From NCBI RefSeq assembly GCF_009914755.1, contig NC_060937.1: a DNA stretch of 64,000 bases; one strand, written 5' to 3'. The notes below the pieces were generated by a model. That model worked only from the letters and a program-made list of their open reading frames with translations, did not search any database and was not told the origin of the DNA. Shown piece by piece: positions 42,390 to 56,785 of this stretch. The DNA comes from the human T2T-CHM13v2.0 reference genome, Homo sapiens. Each line of letters opens with the position of its first letter. The stretch's first letter is position 1. Both the position numbers and the translations under genes were made by a program.

Positions 42390-43074
42390 GTAGTTGACTG
42401 AAATATATTTCAAATAATCTCAACTTATTCGTATAGCTCACAGAACCTACCAGAATGTGTAGCTCAAGGCTCCTCACATGATGGTTTTTCTCTGTTCCAA
42501 CTCAGTGACCACATTTGGCCATTTTTGTCCAAGTGGTTTACTAGCCTGGAAGGATTACAGTTTAGTTTGGATGCTCTTTTATTAAAGAATCTGTGCCTGT
42601 CAGCTTCCCAAACCGGTCAAGTCAGACCAAATCCCCAAGAGACTATGCACACATGCAAATGATATTTGTAGAGGCTCTCAGAGTTAATGGACATGAAATC
42701 CACAGCAGTCTCTCAGCTGGGTAACTAGCTTTCTGGATGGATGTCAGTTTTAACCTAGTAATTACTTCTCCATATTTCTCCCCATTTCTCTAAAGGCAGA
42801 GCATTTTCAAAACTGGATGACAGCCATACATTATTTGAAATCCTGGTTCTCAAACTTTGAATTAATAAAGGAAACAAAAGTAAATTTTGCCAATTTTGGA
42901 AAAGTATTAAATTATTATATATGGTAAACATGAAAGGAAGTCAGTTACGGGACTATGGAAGATACTAACCAGTAGCTAAACAAGTGCATTTTTAAATTTC
43001 CCTCTTTGATAAAAAAGTTTAATGGACAAACTATGAGACCAAATTGTGAAAAAGAAGAGATCCTCTACAGAGCT

Positions 43075-43390
43075 TAGGAGGATTAAAAAAGAATGAAGTA
43101 GCTCTGTATATACTGATATAAAAGATCTTCATAATGTATTACTGTTAAAAAAGATTGGCATGAAAAATAGGTTTGATATCCTACCTTTTATGTATAGGAT
43201 GAATTAATCAATCGATTGATAAATAGGCCCACATATGCATTGTATATTTGTTGAAAACAATACCGAAACTTAGAAAGAATGGGTAGGGATAGAGAGCAGA
43301 TTTATGTTTTAACCATATGTTAATCTGTTCTCTGTATTCTATACCATGTTTATTCATTGCCTCTACAAAATTGTATTAAAAAAAAAGAAA
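43075..43390 (+). mobile_element. L1ME-type 3' end
   Basis: 'aaaaaagaatgaagtagctctgtatatactgatataaaagatcttc'. Confidence 0.6.
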
Positions 43391-43450
43391 AGAGTGCTCT
43401 GTGCTATACAACATAGGACTTTAAGCTCAAAACCAAATTGATAACCCCTT

Positions 43451-44007
43451 AGTTGCCAGAAAAGAGAGTCCCGATCCAGACTCCAAGAGTGGGTTCTTGG
43501 ATCTCATGCAGGAAAGAATTTGAGGTGAGTTGCAGAGCACAGTGAAATAAGCAAGTTTATTAGCAACTACTCTGTTAAAGGTACAATGTCCTCAGAAAGC
43601 AGGAGGGATGTGCCGTTCTTTGTTACAAGTGTCTCTATTGATAAGGAACTATAAGGAGCTATAATCAAACTTAAATGTGTGAATGTACTCATTAAAGGTA
43701 GTGGCTATTAGTGTTACTGATGACCATTAATTCTTCAACCTAAGCTTGCTCACTAACATTAGTTTCAAGTAAAGTGGGCAGTAGTTTTAGGACATCTGGA
43801 CATTCTGCATGGTTGTGGGAGATGTCCTGTATGGCCATGTATATTCTGTAATTACAATTGGTGGTTAGCTTGAGATATGGCTATTTTCAGACTATAAGTA
43901 TTAACCTTACAGATGCCTTGTGAGTACCTAGTTCCTCACTTCAAGATGGAGTCACTCTGGTCAAGTTTTATTAAAACAGAGACCTGATAAGCGGGGATTC
44001 CTTAACA
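43451..44007 (-). mobile_element. MER41-family solo LTR (ERV1)
   Basis: 'gtcccgatccagactccaagagtgggttcttggatctcatgcaggaaagaatt' and 'tcaagatggagtcactctggt'; 4-bp TSD cctt at 43447-43450 and 44008-44011. Confidence 0.85.
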
Positions 44008-46270
44008 CCTTGATTCAAATATTTAAACCTTGCTTCCTGATGAAATTATCGTCTTTCCATTTCATCACACTGTCACTCTGGGCCACAGGCCTTTCAGAAA
44101 CCATTTTTACTTGTTTCTTCCCAAGTGTTTTTCGAATACATGTTAATTATTGTCTATGATCAATCACCCATGATAGAATCAGGCATATGGAAAGGCAATG
44201 GGCCCAATTAATGAAAGAGATTTGGACGCACAGTAGTTTTTTATTTTATCCCAATTGATGTCAGAGGCTACATACAAAAGTCAATAACCAATTACTTAAC
44301 AACTTTATAATCTTTTCCATTCATATTATACTGCGCAAAGAAATGGTCAGTATTTCCATGTCCTATAGGCTTTGTTCTGCATTATTCCATGGTAAAAACT
44401 TTGGTATTGTTTGGTGTTTAGTATTCTGCTTTTTAGTCCCTATTTCAAACAATGAAACTTATTTCCACCAAACATTTTATTTACTATTTCTAGATTGTGT
44501 GTGTATCATCTAAAAAAGATTTAATAAAATATAAATTACCTAATACAAACAAAATAATTAAAATCAAGGTTTCTGTCTTTCCACTTGCTTACTCTTGTGA
44601 ATCTTATTTTTCTATGCCAGTAAGACCTCTTTATCTCGTTTCTCATTTAGCTCTTAGCTTTTTATCAATTCCACAGAGGCTTTAATCTGCTTTTCTAGCA
44701 CTGTTAACTCTCAAACTCCGACATTTTCTCTTGTTTCCGCTATCTTAATCACCCAAATTATACAATAAACCTTCCTCCCTCCTCCTGGCTGTTATGAGCT
44801 AATGAGAACATCCCGAAAGCTTTGGAACTGTTTCCAGGATAAATACATGTTTTAAACTGGAAAGGATTACCAACAGCAGAGGGCATGTGGAGGCACCCTT
44901 AGAAGGAGGATGGATACGGATCTTGAAGGCTGATGTGGCATATTTGATAAAATGTAATTAAATATTCAGAACACTAAAAATTATAAATTTTTACTAGCTT
45001 GGTTTGATAATACAAATCACAGAGTCAGGATCAAAAAATTTCAAAGCTTAAAACATTTGGAAAGATAATTTCTACTTCTTGGTAAGATGAAACAGCTGAC
45101 ATCAGAGCAATATTTCTATTAAAACACACACACACACAAAACCCTAAATAAATTACATAAATAATTTTCCACAGAGAACTTTATAAAGAATGATCACGGG
45201 ATGACCTAGTGTTCCAGAGAGTGAAGAACTGTCTGTGCTCTAATGGATTTTCAACCCCACCTGCCCCACCCCCACCCCAGGGGTTATTTGCTGATTTAGT
45301 GGGTAAGCTAATGGTTGAGCTTAGTTCTGACAGACAGCTTCTGTTGGGAGGAGAGGAAGCTAAAGTAGCAATTTTAGTGGTCATGTTCAACTAGAATAAT
45401 AATTTGGAAACCTGAGGCTGATATTACCCAAGTGTCATTTGCTGAATCTGGGTCTCTGTGGAAGGTGAGGGAGTTGGGATTAGCCTTCTAAAAAAGCAGA
45501 GTGAGATCTCTGGCAATTTCACATAGTTTAGGAAGCCAACCTTACAGGAGAGGAGGACAGCCTGAATCTCACTGCCAATTTTCCCCTCAAAATATTTGCC
45601 AGATTTTGAAGCCATATTGGTAAGAAGTTGGAAAGCTGAGCTGGAAATCTGTTATTCAGAGCTTAATCTTCTGCAGAATTTGGAGACTGATGAGATAGCT
45701 ACTTGCTAATTTCTTTTTCTAAAACAAAGGCGGTATATGCTAGAACAATAGTGTTGACTTGGAAGTAGATAGATCCGAACTAAATCTCTAAGCCAATCTG
45801 GAGATAGTTTATCCTTGGATTTAATTGATGTAATCAGCAACTCAAGTTATTGCCTAACAAATAAAAAGAGAAATCCTCTGGTGGAATATAACATCATATG
45901 GAGTCTCTGAGGTTTTTTTTTTTATATACAGTGTTTGTCCTGTGAACAAATATCTATAATAATCAGATAGTTACAAAAGTGTGATTACCAGTGGGGGAAA
46001 AAATAAATAACAAATAAAAAAAATTACAATAGTAAAGACACAGGTAATAGAGATGTTGTAGTTAGCAGTCAATGACTTTGAAATAAATGTTTAAATATAT
46101 TTAAGAAATATGTTTGAAAGTTATTCAAGAAAATGGAGAAGAAGTTGTATAAAATAAATGAGAGTATAAAATATCATTAGATGTTTATTGATGGAATGAA
46201 TCAAATTGATACTCCGCAAGTAAAAAAATCTAAAATTATCAAGTAAATAGATGAGTTTATCAGTAGATTG

Positions 46271-46859
46271 TGAAATTACCTCTGTAAACTTTATAAACTT
46301 AGGGAGGAAGGGAGGGAGATAAATGAAGATAAGCCAAGCTTACAGCAGACTCACCATTAATTATTAGGTCAGCTTGCTCTTGGACCCACTTCCTCATAGT
46401 TGTTTTCCTACTGTCCCAGAAGCATGAAAACCTTGTCACAAGGTCATAGATCACCTTAACTGCCCTATAGACAACAACTTGAATATTGTGAAATGTAAAG
46501 TTTTCCATTTCAGTTATTCTTTCAAGTCCTGAATACCAGTGAAACTATTGAGATAAGCTGGTCTGAAGGATGCCGTGAGAAGCTGACTCACCAAAGAATG
46601 TAGTTTCCACATGCTGAAGATTTTATCCCCCTTACCCTGACCGATCAATGAACCCGATTTTCCAGCCTCTCACTCTACACAATCCCCTTAAAAATCTGAC
46701 CCCAGAACTCCTCAGGGACATGGAGTTGAGGATCTCCTCCCATTTCCTTGCTTAGTTGCCCTTGGATACCTAAACTCTTTCTCTGCTGTAAACTCTGCTG
46801 TCTCAGTGTATTGGTATGTTACTACACAGCAGACATAGGAAATTGTTGGTCCTGTAATA
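46271..46859 (+). mobile_element. ERV1 solo LTR (LTR26-like)
   Basis: 'taagccaagcttacagcagactcaccattaattattaggtcagcttgctct..cttcctcatagttgtt'; TG start; TSD attg at 46267-46270 and 46860-46863 splitting L1 sequence. Confidence 0.8.
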
Positions 46860-47478
46860 ATTGGGTGCATGAGAAGACAAGATTAGTAAAGTGGAAAAGT
46901 GAACAATAAAACATAACCGAATATAAGCAGAGAGAGTAAAAAGCATGGAAACCACAGAGCAGAGCTAAAATATCAGACATTACATTATTCTACTATTAGA
47001 ATAATGTAACATACATCTTACTGATGTGCCAGGAAAAAAAGAGAGAATAAATCATAAATAACATTGAGGAGTAAACATCCAAGAATTTCTCCAAACCATT
47101 GAAAGATATCGACCTTTATATCCAAAGCTCTGGAAACCCAGAGTATTTAAACAAGATAACCACACCTGCATATAAAGTGATTAAATCAATGAAAACCAAA
47201 GGCTGAGAAAAATCTTAAAAGCAGTCTGAAGGCAAGATGTATTTCTATTAAAGAAACAAAAATTATTAATTTCTCAAGAGAAACATTGAAAACCAGAAGA
47301 TAATATAATGACATTGCTAGGTGTTGAAAGAAAATAATTACCAAATTATAATTTAATATACTGTGAAGTTATCTTTCAAAACTGTAGGTGAAATAAAGCA
47401 TTTTCAGACAAACAAAAATGAAGAGAGTTTATCAGCATTCAGCTTGAACTAAAAAAAATAAATGAAGGGATATTTTTA

Positions 47479-47865
<387 letters not shown>

Positions 47866-48172
47866 TTACTGTTATGCCTAAATTATATGTAGAATTTAAA
47901 TGACTGACAACTATATTGCAAGAGGTCAAAGTTTGGGAAAATAAGGCTTACAGCTTCTAAGTTTTTAGCTGTTTCAAGAAATTGGCAGCTTTCTTTGCCA
48001 TTATCTCTGTGATTCTTCTAAATACCCATTACTGTTTTCTGACAGTCTGCCCAATGCCTTTTACGTGACAATAGATGACTCTTAACCCCATTCCAATAGA
48101 TGAACTTGCTTTCTATTAACAAAGATTATTTTGCTGCTTCCACTTTTATAGCTACAATTAAATTGCAGACTA

Positions 48173-48535
48173 TGTATAGTTTGAATATGTCCCCAAAAAG
48201 CATGCATTGGAAACTTAATCCCTAATGCAACAGTGTTAAGAGTTAGGGCCTACTGAGAAACAATTATGTCAGGAGGCCAGAATGAATGGATTAAGGCCAT
48301 TATTGCAAGAGTGAGTTTGTTATAAAAAGGGGGAGTTCAATCTCTTTTGGCTTTCTCTCTTGCCCTATCTTTGCCTTTGCACCATGAGATGATACAGCAA
48401 GAAAGTCTTCGCAAAATGCCAACACCTTTTTATTGAACTTCCCAGCTTCCAGAACTGTGAAGCAATACATTTTTTTCATTATAAATTACTCAGCCTGTGG
48501 TCTTCTGTTATAGTTGCAAAAAACAGACTAAGACA
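48173..48535 (+). mobile_element. MST (MSTC/D-like) MaLR solo LTR
   Basis: 'tatagtttgaatatgtcccc...ccagaactgtga...aacagactaagaca'; TSD ga(c/t)ta. Confidence 0.88.
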
Positions 48536-50502
48536 GATTATTACCAAAAAAATCTGTTTTTCTTCAGAAATGGAATATGGTAGAGATGCATTATTTATAC
48601 TGCAGTAACTTATGATGTGCCATTGCATTGTAAACTCTTAGCGGGTTCTTTTTCTTTATTCTGTATTAAAGCCAGACACTTCCTCAATTGGTATTGGCTT
48701 TCTTGATATAGTTTCTAGACTTTTTGCTTTTTGTCTTTCTCATGTGTGTATTATGAAAACATCGATGGCTATCGATATAGTCTTTCACATCTTCTCAAGG
48801 TTTGGCTTAAGTATACTAGTTCATATCCTCTGAAACTTGAAAGTGGTTAATTTGTAACCCTGTACAGATAGTATCAACTAATGTTTAGATTGTCTTGATC
48901 CCAAAGCAAAGATCTCAGAATGGAATGGCTTTTTTTAAAATGGTTCATTTAATTTGTGGATGTTCAAAAGCAATATGGTTATTTTTTCAGATAACTGAAA
49001 AAGGGATTCAAACCTGTCTACATGTTGTCCTTGCATACTGAAAAAAAAAAACAAACCACGGTTAGAAAACACTTTGCAGAACTTACCCAATAGTTATTTA
49101 TAGGGAGATCAATGTGCTATTTTCTAATGCATTTTCTTCTGCTTTTTGTTTTTCACTCTTTTTTCTTGCTCTTTTAGTACCAATGAAACAGAAAACTGGA
49201 TTTAGTCTCGACTTTTTAATATAATTATTCCAATTGTCCATTTTACTTCATTAAGTGTCACAGATAAAGATGTAGTATAATTTTGATCAAAAAAATAGGA
49301 TTTAAAAAAACCAGGGTGTTTGAATAACTTAGTTTAAAAGTGCTTGTGTTTGCCTAAATATTCCAAATGAAGATCTTACATGTCTCAAATAAGCCTGACC
49401 ATAAATAATGTTAAAAAATAAATATCAAACATATAAAAGGAGAAATAAAAGCAAATCACAATCCAAAACAAGTATTTCAAAAATACGTATCTAGCCAGAG
49501 GAAATTGTTTTAGGAAAATTATTTTATGAATTTAATTTTAATAATTTCAATTTTCCTTAATTTCCTTCCAGTAATGAGAAAACTATTTTCCATATGGTTA
49601 CTATTTTTTTTTATATTCAATTACATTCTTGGGGGAAAGCTTCATTTGTTGTCATTTGTGGAATAATGCAATCTCATCATGGCGGCAGTTGAGAGTTCTG
49701 TGATTTGGATCTGACTCATTATGACACATCTGTTTTAAAGAGTATCAAACATGATATCCCTCAATTCATTTCTCATTTATGTCTGAGCTTGGCTTAGGAA
49801 TAGGCTCAGATCCGAGTATGTGATGTGAGTATGGGCTGAGATTCAGGAAGGCTTAGATATGGAAGGGGACTGAGAGAAGGACAGAGTTGGGTAAATAAAT
49901 GAGGTGGCCTCAAGCTGAGATGTGGATTACAGACGAATTCATTGATGCATTTCAAAAGTGGAAAGGCAGGAGAAAATGAAATTCAATTTGCTTCATTTTA
50001 AAAATCGTAGCTCTAGAATTATATTATTCAAAAGATGTTAAAAATTCTAAATATTTTACTGTGGTTTTATTCTGTTTTTCTATAAAAAGATGGTATGTTC
50101 TCTCAAAAACCAACTATTTAGTAAGCATAGCATTATGACAAATAATTCTGAAAATGACAATCAAGTAATCAAGTTCTGTAAGTTCATGACCTATAAACAA
50201 ATCAGAATGAGAAGTTTAAATATACTCCTTGTTTTCCCTTGCCCTTAAATGGTAATCTGAGTTTGAGGAATAACTTCTGAATGTATTTATAGCAGGCAGA
50301 TGGTTCTGTTGCCTACTGTTAGTTTGGAAAGAATAGAAGAAGGTATAGATAGGTGACTGGAGAAGGAAAACACTTTACTAAGCCGACATGAATAGAATGC
50401 AGATTTTTTTAAGCCAAATCAGTTTTGAAAATGTATATATAAAATTGTGCAAAAGAATTTCTCTAGTTTTTTCCTGTATTATTTAATGGTTGAAGGCTGT
50501 AG

Positions 50503-50809
<307 letters not shown>

Positions 50810-51324
50810 GTAGACTTTTTTTTTCTTTAACAGTAAAAATATACCACTTCAAAACTTGCAGTCACAATTCTAGCTGGATTAGCCAAACCATATAGAATAA
50901 CGTTTTTTTTTCTTGTTTTTTTTTGTTTTTGTTTTTAAAAACCATGGAATTTATTTTGAAGAAAATATGGTTATCATTAATGTTACTTTTTATTTTCTTC
51001 CAATCTCCTATCTGATTCAAGTAATGAATTTTAAATTTCTGTTTAGTAAGTTTATTGCAAATGTGCCAAAATTTGACATCTGCAATTCTTAGCAGACGCT
51101 ATGTTAAGAAAAACAAAGTATTATTTTAATTGGGTATGATTTCAGGCTCATAAACAAAATAATGAAGTATTTTTTTCCTTTTGCTTCCCAGGAATAGATG
51201 TTCACCAAGACCAGTAGTTCTCAAACAGGTGAGCATATTAGAATTGAAGTTCACTTGGGAAACTTCTATAAATTGTAAATCTTTTCCTTTCTCTCTCCAA
51301 CACTCTTTCCAAGTTTCTTCCAGG

Positions 51325-52420
51325 TATTTTGCTATATCTCATGTTCAGCACAATTGCCAGCCATTGCAGTATGTTCTGGAGCTACAAGGTCCATGAACTA
51401 TTACACTTGCCTCAAAGACTTCTAGTTTCTTTCAATTCTGATAAAAAAATAAATGACATGATACAGTGGGATAAGTGCTATTATGGTAAAATGAACTTTA
51501 TGAAGACAGCCTCTAAAACAAATTTGTGGGTTAAGACAACTTATCAGAAGAAGTGAAATCTAAGTTGAGGGTTGAAAGATGACTGTAAGTTAACTAGTTA
51601 TAAAAGGGGATTTTATGTTTGAGGGTGTATGTATTTAGGAGTGTGGTTTGAGTTTGAAGATTGTTGCAAAGAACATTTTAAGCAAATGTGTATTCTAAGA
51701 ATATGCAAAAGTATGAAGGAAAGAGTCAGGATATATTGAATACATTATTGTAGTTTGGAAAAATGGTGCATGATTAATGAAGTGAGAGAAGATATTTAGG
51801 AGATTGAGGCTGATTATAAAGAGCTGGAGGAAGGAGTTCACCCTTTATCCCGAAAAGATAAAGTGAACACTTTAAATAAGAGACATCATATTTGTGATTT
51901 TGAAAAATTATTGATAGCAAAGAAGCAAGAGGCTGGAGGCAATTAGACACTAATGTAGTGTCTTAGAAAATACCTGAAAGTGAGTAGTTCATAAAGAGCA
52001 GAAAACTATTTTCCCACCATGTTGGAGTCTGCAGAGTTCAAGATCAAGGTGCCAACAAATTCAGTTGTCTGGTGAGAGCTGCTCTCTGCTTCCAAGGTGC
52101 CTTGTTGCTGTGACCTCGCATGATGGAAGGTGGAAGAGCAAGCTAGCTGAACATTGTATAAAGTCTCTTTCTTTTATAAGATCTTTAATCTCATTCCTGA
52201 GGAAGGAACCCTCAAGGCCTAATCAACTCTTACGGTCCCCACTTCTTAATACTTTCACATTAGCAACACCTGAATTTTGGAGAAGGCACATTCAAACCAT
52301 AGCATGCAGTAATCCAGGTGAGAAATTATGGTAAAAAAAAATCATGAGAGTGTTAATGAAGAAAAGATTATGGAAACAAAATATTAAGTCCATATTTGCC
52401 TCATCTGGATGTGTGGAAGA
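51325..52420 (-). mobile_element. L2 fragment, host to MLT1A
   Basis: 'gataagtgctattatgg', 'gaagtgaaatctaagttgagggttgaaagatga', 'gcagtaatccaggtgagaaattatgg'. Confidence 0.65.
51959..52304 (-). mobile_element. MLT1A/MST-type MaLR LTR
   Basis: 'gttcaagatcaaggtgccaacaaattcag..tctggtgagagc...cacattcaaaccatagca'; TSD tg(t/c)ag. Confidence 0.85.
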
Positions 52421-52599
52421 TTTTAATAAGATATTTTAGATATATTTTTACTCTACCACCCAGAAAATTTTCCTGAACAGTTTATAACATGAAGTATCTT
52501 GCTTCATGTAATACTTATAATTTATATATTTTAATGAATTATTTCAATAAAAATATTCATATGTTTTTCTTTAAGAAAGCACCTCTCATGATTCCTTAG

Positions 52600-52965
52600 C
52601 CCTCTCCAAGTACTTCCCATTTTCTGTTCCCTTCAAAGGCAAATTTCTCAAAATTTACACTGCTGTGATTGTCTTGCTTTTCCTTTATCTGTTAATCCAC
52701 TCTTGGATTCTGCTCCCAATATTTCCCTTGCCAAGGCCCATAATGACATCTACATTGGAATAATCAGTGGATGTACTTCGGCCATCATTGGCTCACTCTG
52801 TTCTGGAAACATTTGCTTCCCTTGAAACTATGACCTTGGTTTTTTACCCATCTCTTTTGCTTCTCTGTCTCAATCTCTTGTCCTAGATGTTCCTCTTCTT
52901 ACTAATCTCCAGCTACTGAAGTTCTTCAGGGTATCCATATATCTTCTTTCTTCTCTCTAATTTGT
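52600..52965 (+). mobile_element. L2 fragment
   Basis: 'gccaaggcccataatgacatctacattgg..aatcagtgga', 'ttctggaaacatttgcttcccttg'. Confidence 0.6.
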
Positions 52966-52977
52966 CTCCTAATCTAA

Positions 52978-53282
<305 letters not shown>

Positions 53283-53437
53283 TAATCTAATTAATTTTAT
53301 AATTCCAAAAAATATCAGTGTGGCTATACATGAACAGATTATAGCTATTCTAGTTAAATTTTCTTATTTGAATTGTAAATTCTTGTGTTCAAAAACTTAT
53401 TTGATATATCCATTTGATTGGTTGTAAAGATCTCAAG

Positions 53438-53585
53438 AGTTTACAGAGGCACTAATCCTATTTACAAGGGCCCTATCCCTATGATCTACTCACCTTCCAA
53501 ATGTCCCACCACTTAATACTATCACATTGGGGATTGGATTTCAATACATGAATTTTAGAAGGACACGAACATTTGGAGTATAGCA
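53438..53585 (-). mobile_element. MLT1A-type LTR fragment
   Basis: 'ggcactaatcctattt..cttaatactatcacattgggga..tgaattttagaaggacacgaacatt..tagca'. Confidence 0.8.
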
Positions 53586-54015
53586 AGAAACAATAGTAAT
53601 CTACTAAGCAGGTAATAGCTTGTATACACCTCAGTTTGTGACTTAATATAGTTGTAGCAGTTCTTCAGAAATTTGTCTTTGGATAAGAAGTTAAATCTTA
53701 TGTTTTGGGTGACTGTTGCTAAAAATAAATTCCAAGTACTTTCTAAATTAGGAGAGATAATTCCCCTTTGAATTATATATTCCATTAAAACATTTTAGAG
53801 CTGAAAAAATAAAAGAAATAGATAACAATGAGCTTTTTAGATCACCCAGGCATAAATAAAGGATACTCAGCTATAAAAATGACTAAACAAGGACTTGATG
53901 ATTTTTCATAATTGATGTATGCTACTTGTATTTTCATTACTTCATATGCTACTTGTATTTTCAGGAGTGCTGTGTTCTAAGAGAATAAATTTTGGTTTAA
54001 AAGATTTGAGAATAT

Positions 54016-54300
54016 GACTGGGTGCAGTAGCTCACGCCTGTAATCTCAGCACTAGGAGGCCTAGGTGGGAGGATAATTTGAGCCCAGGAGTTCAAGACTA
54101 GATTGGGCAACATGGTGAAACTCTGTCTCTACAAAAATACTTGGTGACATGTGTCTTTAGTCCCAGCCACTCTGGAGGCTGAGGTGGGAGAATCACTTGA
54201 ACCCTGGGAGGTTGAATTTGCAGTGAGCTGAGATTGTGCCACAGTACTCCAGCCTGGGTGATAGAGTAAGACTCTGTCCCAGCCAAAAAAAGAAAAAAAA
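54016..54300 (+). mobile_element. AluJ
   Basis: 'gggaggataatttgagcccaggagttcaagac..gggcaacatgg' are J-type features. Confidence 0.93.
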
Positions 54301-54699
54301 GATAAGAGAGTAAGAAATTAGAATAATTTTATGACTTACATTTCCTTCCCTGGATCAAGGAAAACTGTTTAAAAAAGCAGGGAAGGCAGATACAAGGGGC
54401 ATTAGGTAAAGAGGTTATTGCTGCATAGGAGGGGAACACATCTACAGTGACAGATGAGGAGGCAGCTACATTTCACCTCTTGAGAGAATATCTGAACTAT
54501 TATTAACCCACTTGATACCTAAGAACTGAGTTTTACCTAACCATATATGTTAAAATACTATCACACTATTAAGCTTCCCTGTTGCTCATCCAAACCTGAC
54601 TATCTCCATGAAACAATGGACTCTCCTAATTACTTCCCTATATTATCATGCACCGCCTCTCATGACATTAACACAGAAGTCCTCAACATGTTACAGATT

Positions 54700-55150
54700 G
54701 TTGTGCACTGCAGTAGCTGTTTTATGTGAGACATCTGGGTCTTGGTAAGTTATGTGCATTCTTATCACCACATTCTCTTGCCCAGAATGACTGGTCCAAA
54801 GAGTGAACACGTAACTGGTGGAAGATCAATTGCTCTCCCTTTTTTTGGCATTGAAATATAAAACAATATTTTCATCTAGGGTTTATGGACTGAGATTATC
54901 AGTAGCCATGTTCCATACCCTAGGAACATACAGAGACAAAACAAAACAAAATAAAAAAACAAAAATCTAACTAGAAAGAGATAGAATCCCCAGTCCCAAT
55001 TCCTAAATTTGTGGTGTGCAGCTCTTCCTTGACATCTATCAGCTATTTGAGTGTATTTAGTTGTATATAAACTAACACTTTATTGTCTTGCTCAATTTAT
55101 TATGGGTTGATTTTCTGTTGTTTGCAAGCTAATGGATCCTAATAAATACA
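54700..55150 (+). mobile_element. Old MLT1 LTR remnant
   Basis: 'gactggtccaaagagtgaacacgtaac', 'ttttctgttgtttgcaagctaatggatcctaataaataca'. Confidence 0.55.
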
Positions 55151-56054
55151 TTAATATAAAAGCTGAGAAATGCAGCTAAAAATAGTAATATGTCATATCC
55201 AATTAGATGATGTGAGAACATAACATTTAAATTAACTTTTTCTATCTCCTATATGTCATGACTCATGAAATTGAGAGAAATAACATACCACAATAAATTT
55301 GGAATAATTCTGAATTCTGTGTCCAAGCACTTTGGTGTACTCTGTGCATATATGTGACAAGAATCTATTATTATGCTTAAGAATAGGTATTAATTGCAGT
55401 ATTTGAAGAGTAAAACTCTACAAGTTCATGAGTTATCAGTAACTTGTATTTAGAGTTGGATCTGCACTAGGGAGATCAGTTTCACAATGGGGCTATCATT
55501 TTGCCAAATGCAATAACAGTTAATTAACAACACATTATTAAGAGCCAAATAATCCTTAACAAAACAAAACAAAAATCTGGTGTGAATTTAAAGCAATATG
55601 TCCATGTGAAGGGAAAATACAGTTCTGGAGTTCTCAGAGTGTGTTCAACCTGGGATTGAGTATAGTTTCTCACTTTACCAGTATAAAGAACAAGCAGGAA
55701 GATTTGAAGTAGGAAGCGACGTGTGTGTACATGGAGTGGGCTGGTACAGTCAGGGACTAATAATGGTTGGCTAACATGGAGAGACTTTGAAGGAGAACTA
55801 ACTAAAATACAACTTGTAAACTCTTAGGCATTTTCCTGTGACTAATAACCACCACCAGATGTGTACAGTTGACAACAGCTTGAAAAGATTCTGAGACCAC
55901 TTTTTTTTTTTCCTCTGAATGTGTTGTTTACAGCTTTGTTGTCTAGGAATGTTTATTACAAATGGAGAGAAATTGGACGGAGCCACAATTGGAAACACTA
56001 CAATTCTGATTCAGGAGAAATATTTGAAAGGCCTTTAATAAAATTTTAAAATAA

Positions 56055-56785
56055 ATTTGTTTTAGTCATTCATTAAATGTAATCCATATGAAACGTTAGG
56101 AGCCATGGGGATACAAGGATGAGAAGAAAATGTGGCATTTTATCTAAAGTCTAAAATTTTTTAGGAAAGATGGCATGATAATACAGCTTCATGTTTGCTG
56201 AACAAACTAATTCTGGAGAGAGACAAGATTGGCTAAGATATGTGACAAAAGAGAGGTTTCACCAAAGCACTCTGTGAGATCAGAAGAGGATGGGGTGGTT
56301 TGTCTGGGCATATCCACATGGGTGCCTGGGACGACGTGGGACTTGAGTGAAGTCTTCAACATAAAGAGGAAAGAAACATCGGAAATATTATACCAAGCTC
56401 ATCTAGGAAATGGGGAGTAATAAAATTTATGTCAGCATACACAGTATTTGTCAACTCTTAGAATGAGGTTAAGTTAATATTAATTTTCCAAGGGCATTTT
56501 AAATGTCTGAATAGAAGTGTAGACATTCTTCTATAGTTAAGTGAAAGTGTTCAAAGTCACTGAGCAATGGAGTGACATTATCAGAACTGAGTTTTAGAAA
56601 TAAAAATGAATTGAATTTTTACAAATGAAATAAGACCAAGAGACACTTTAAGTAGGAAGTCCAATTGGGAAACTTGCCATAGTCTAAAAAGCAAATCATA
56701 AGGATCCAAAGGATAGTAATGGGAGCAAAGGCCAGATTCAGGGAAAACGGAAAAATAAAAGAAATACAGCAAACAGGAGAATAGG
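56055..56785 (-). mobile_element. L2 fragment
   Basis: 'tcattcattaaatg', 'ctgagcaatggagtgacattatcagaactgagttttagaaat'. Confidence 0.65.

Noticed and set aside
42180-42477. Lys/Glu/Arg-rich and Phe/Ser/Leu-rich ORFs
   Set aside because: Translations of the CT-rich simple repeat.
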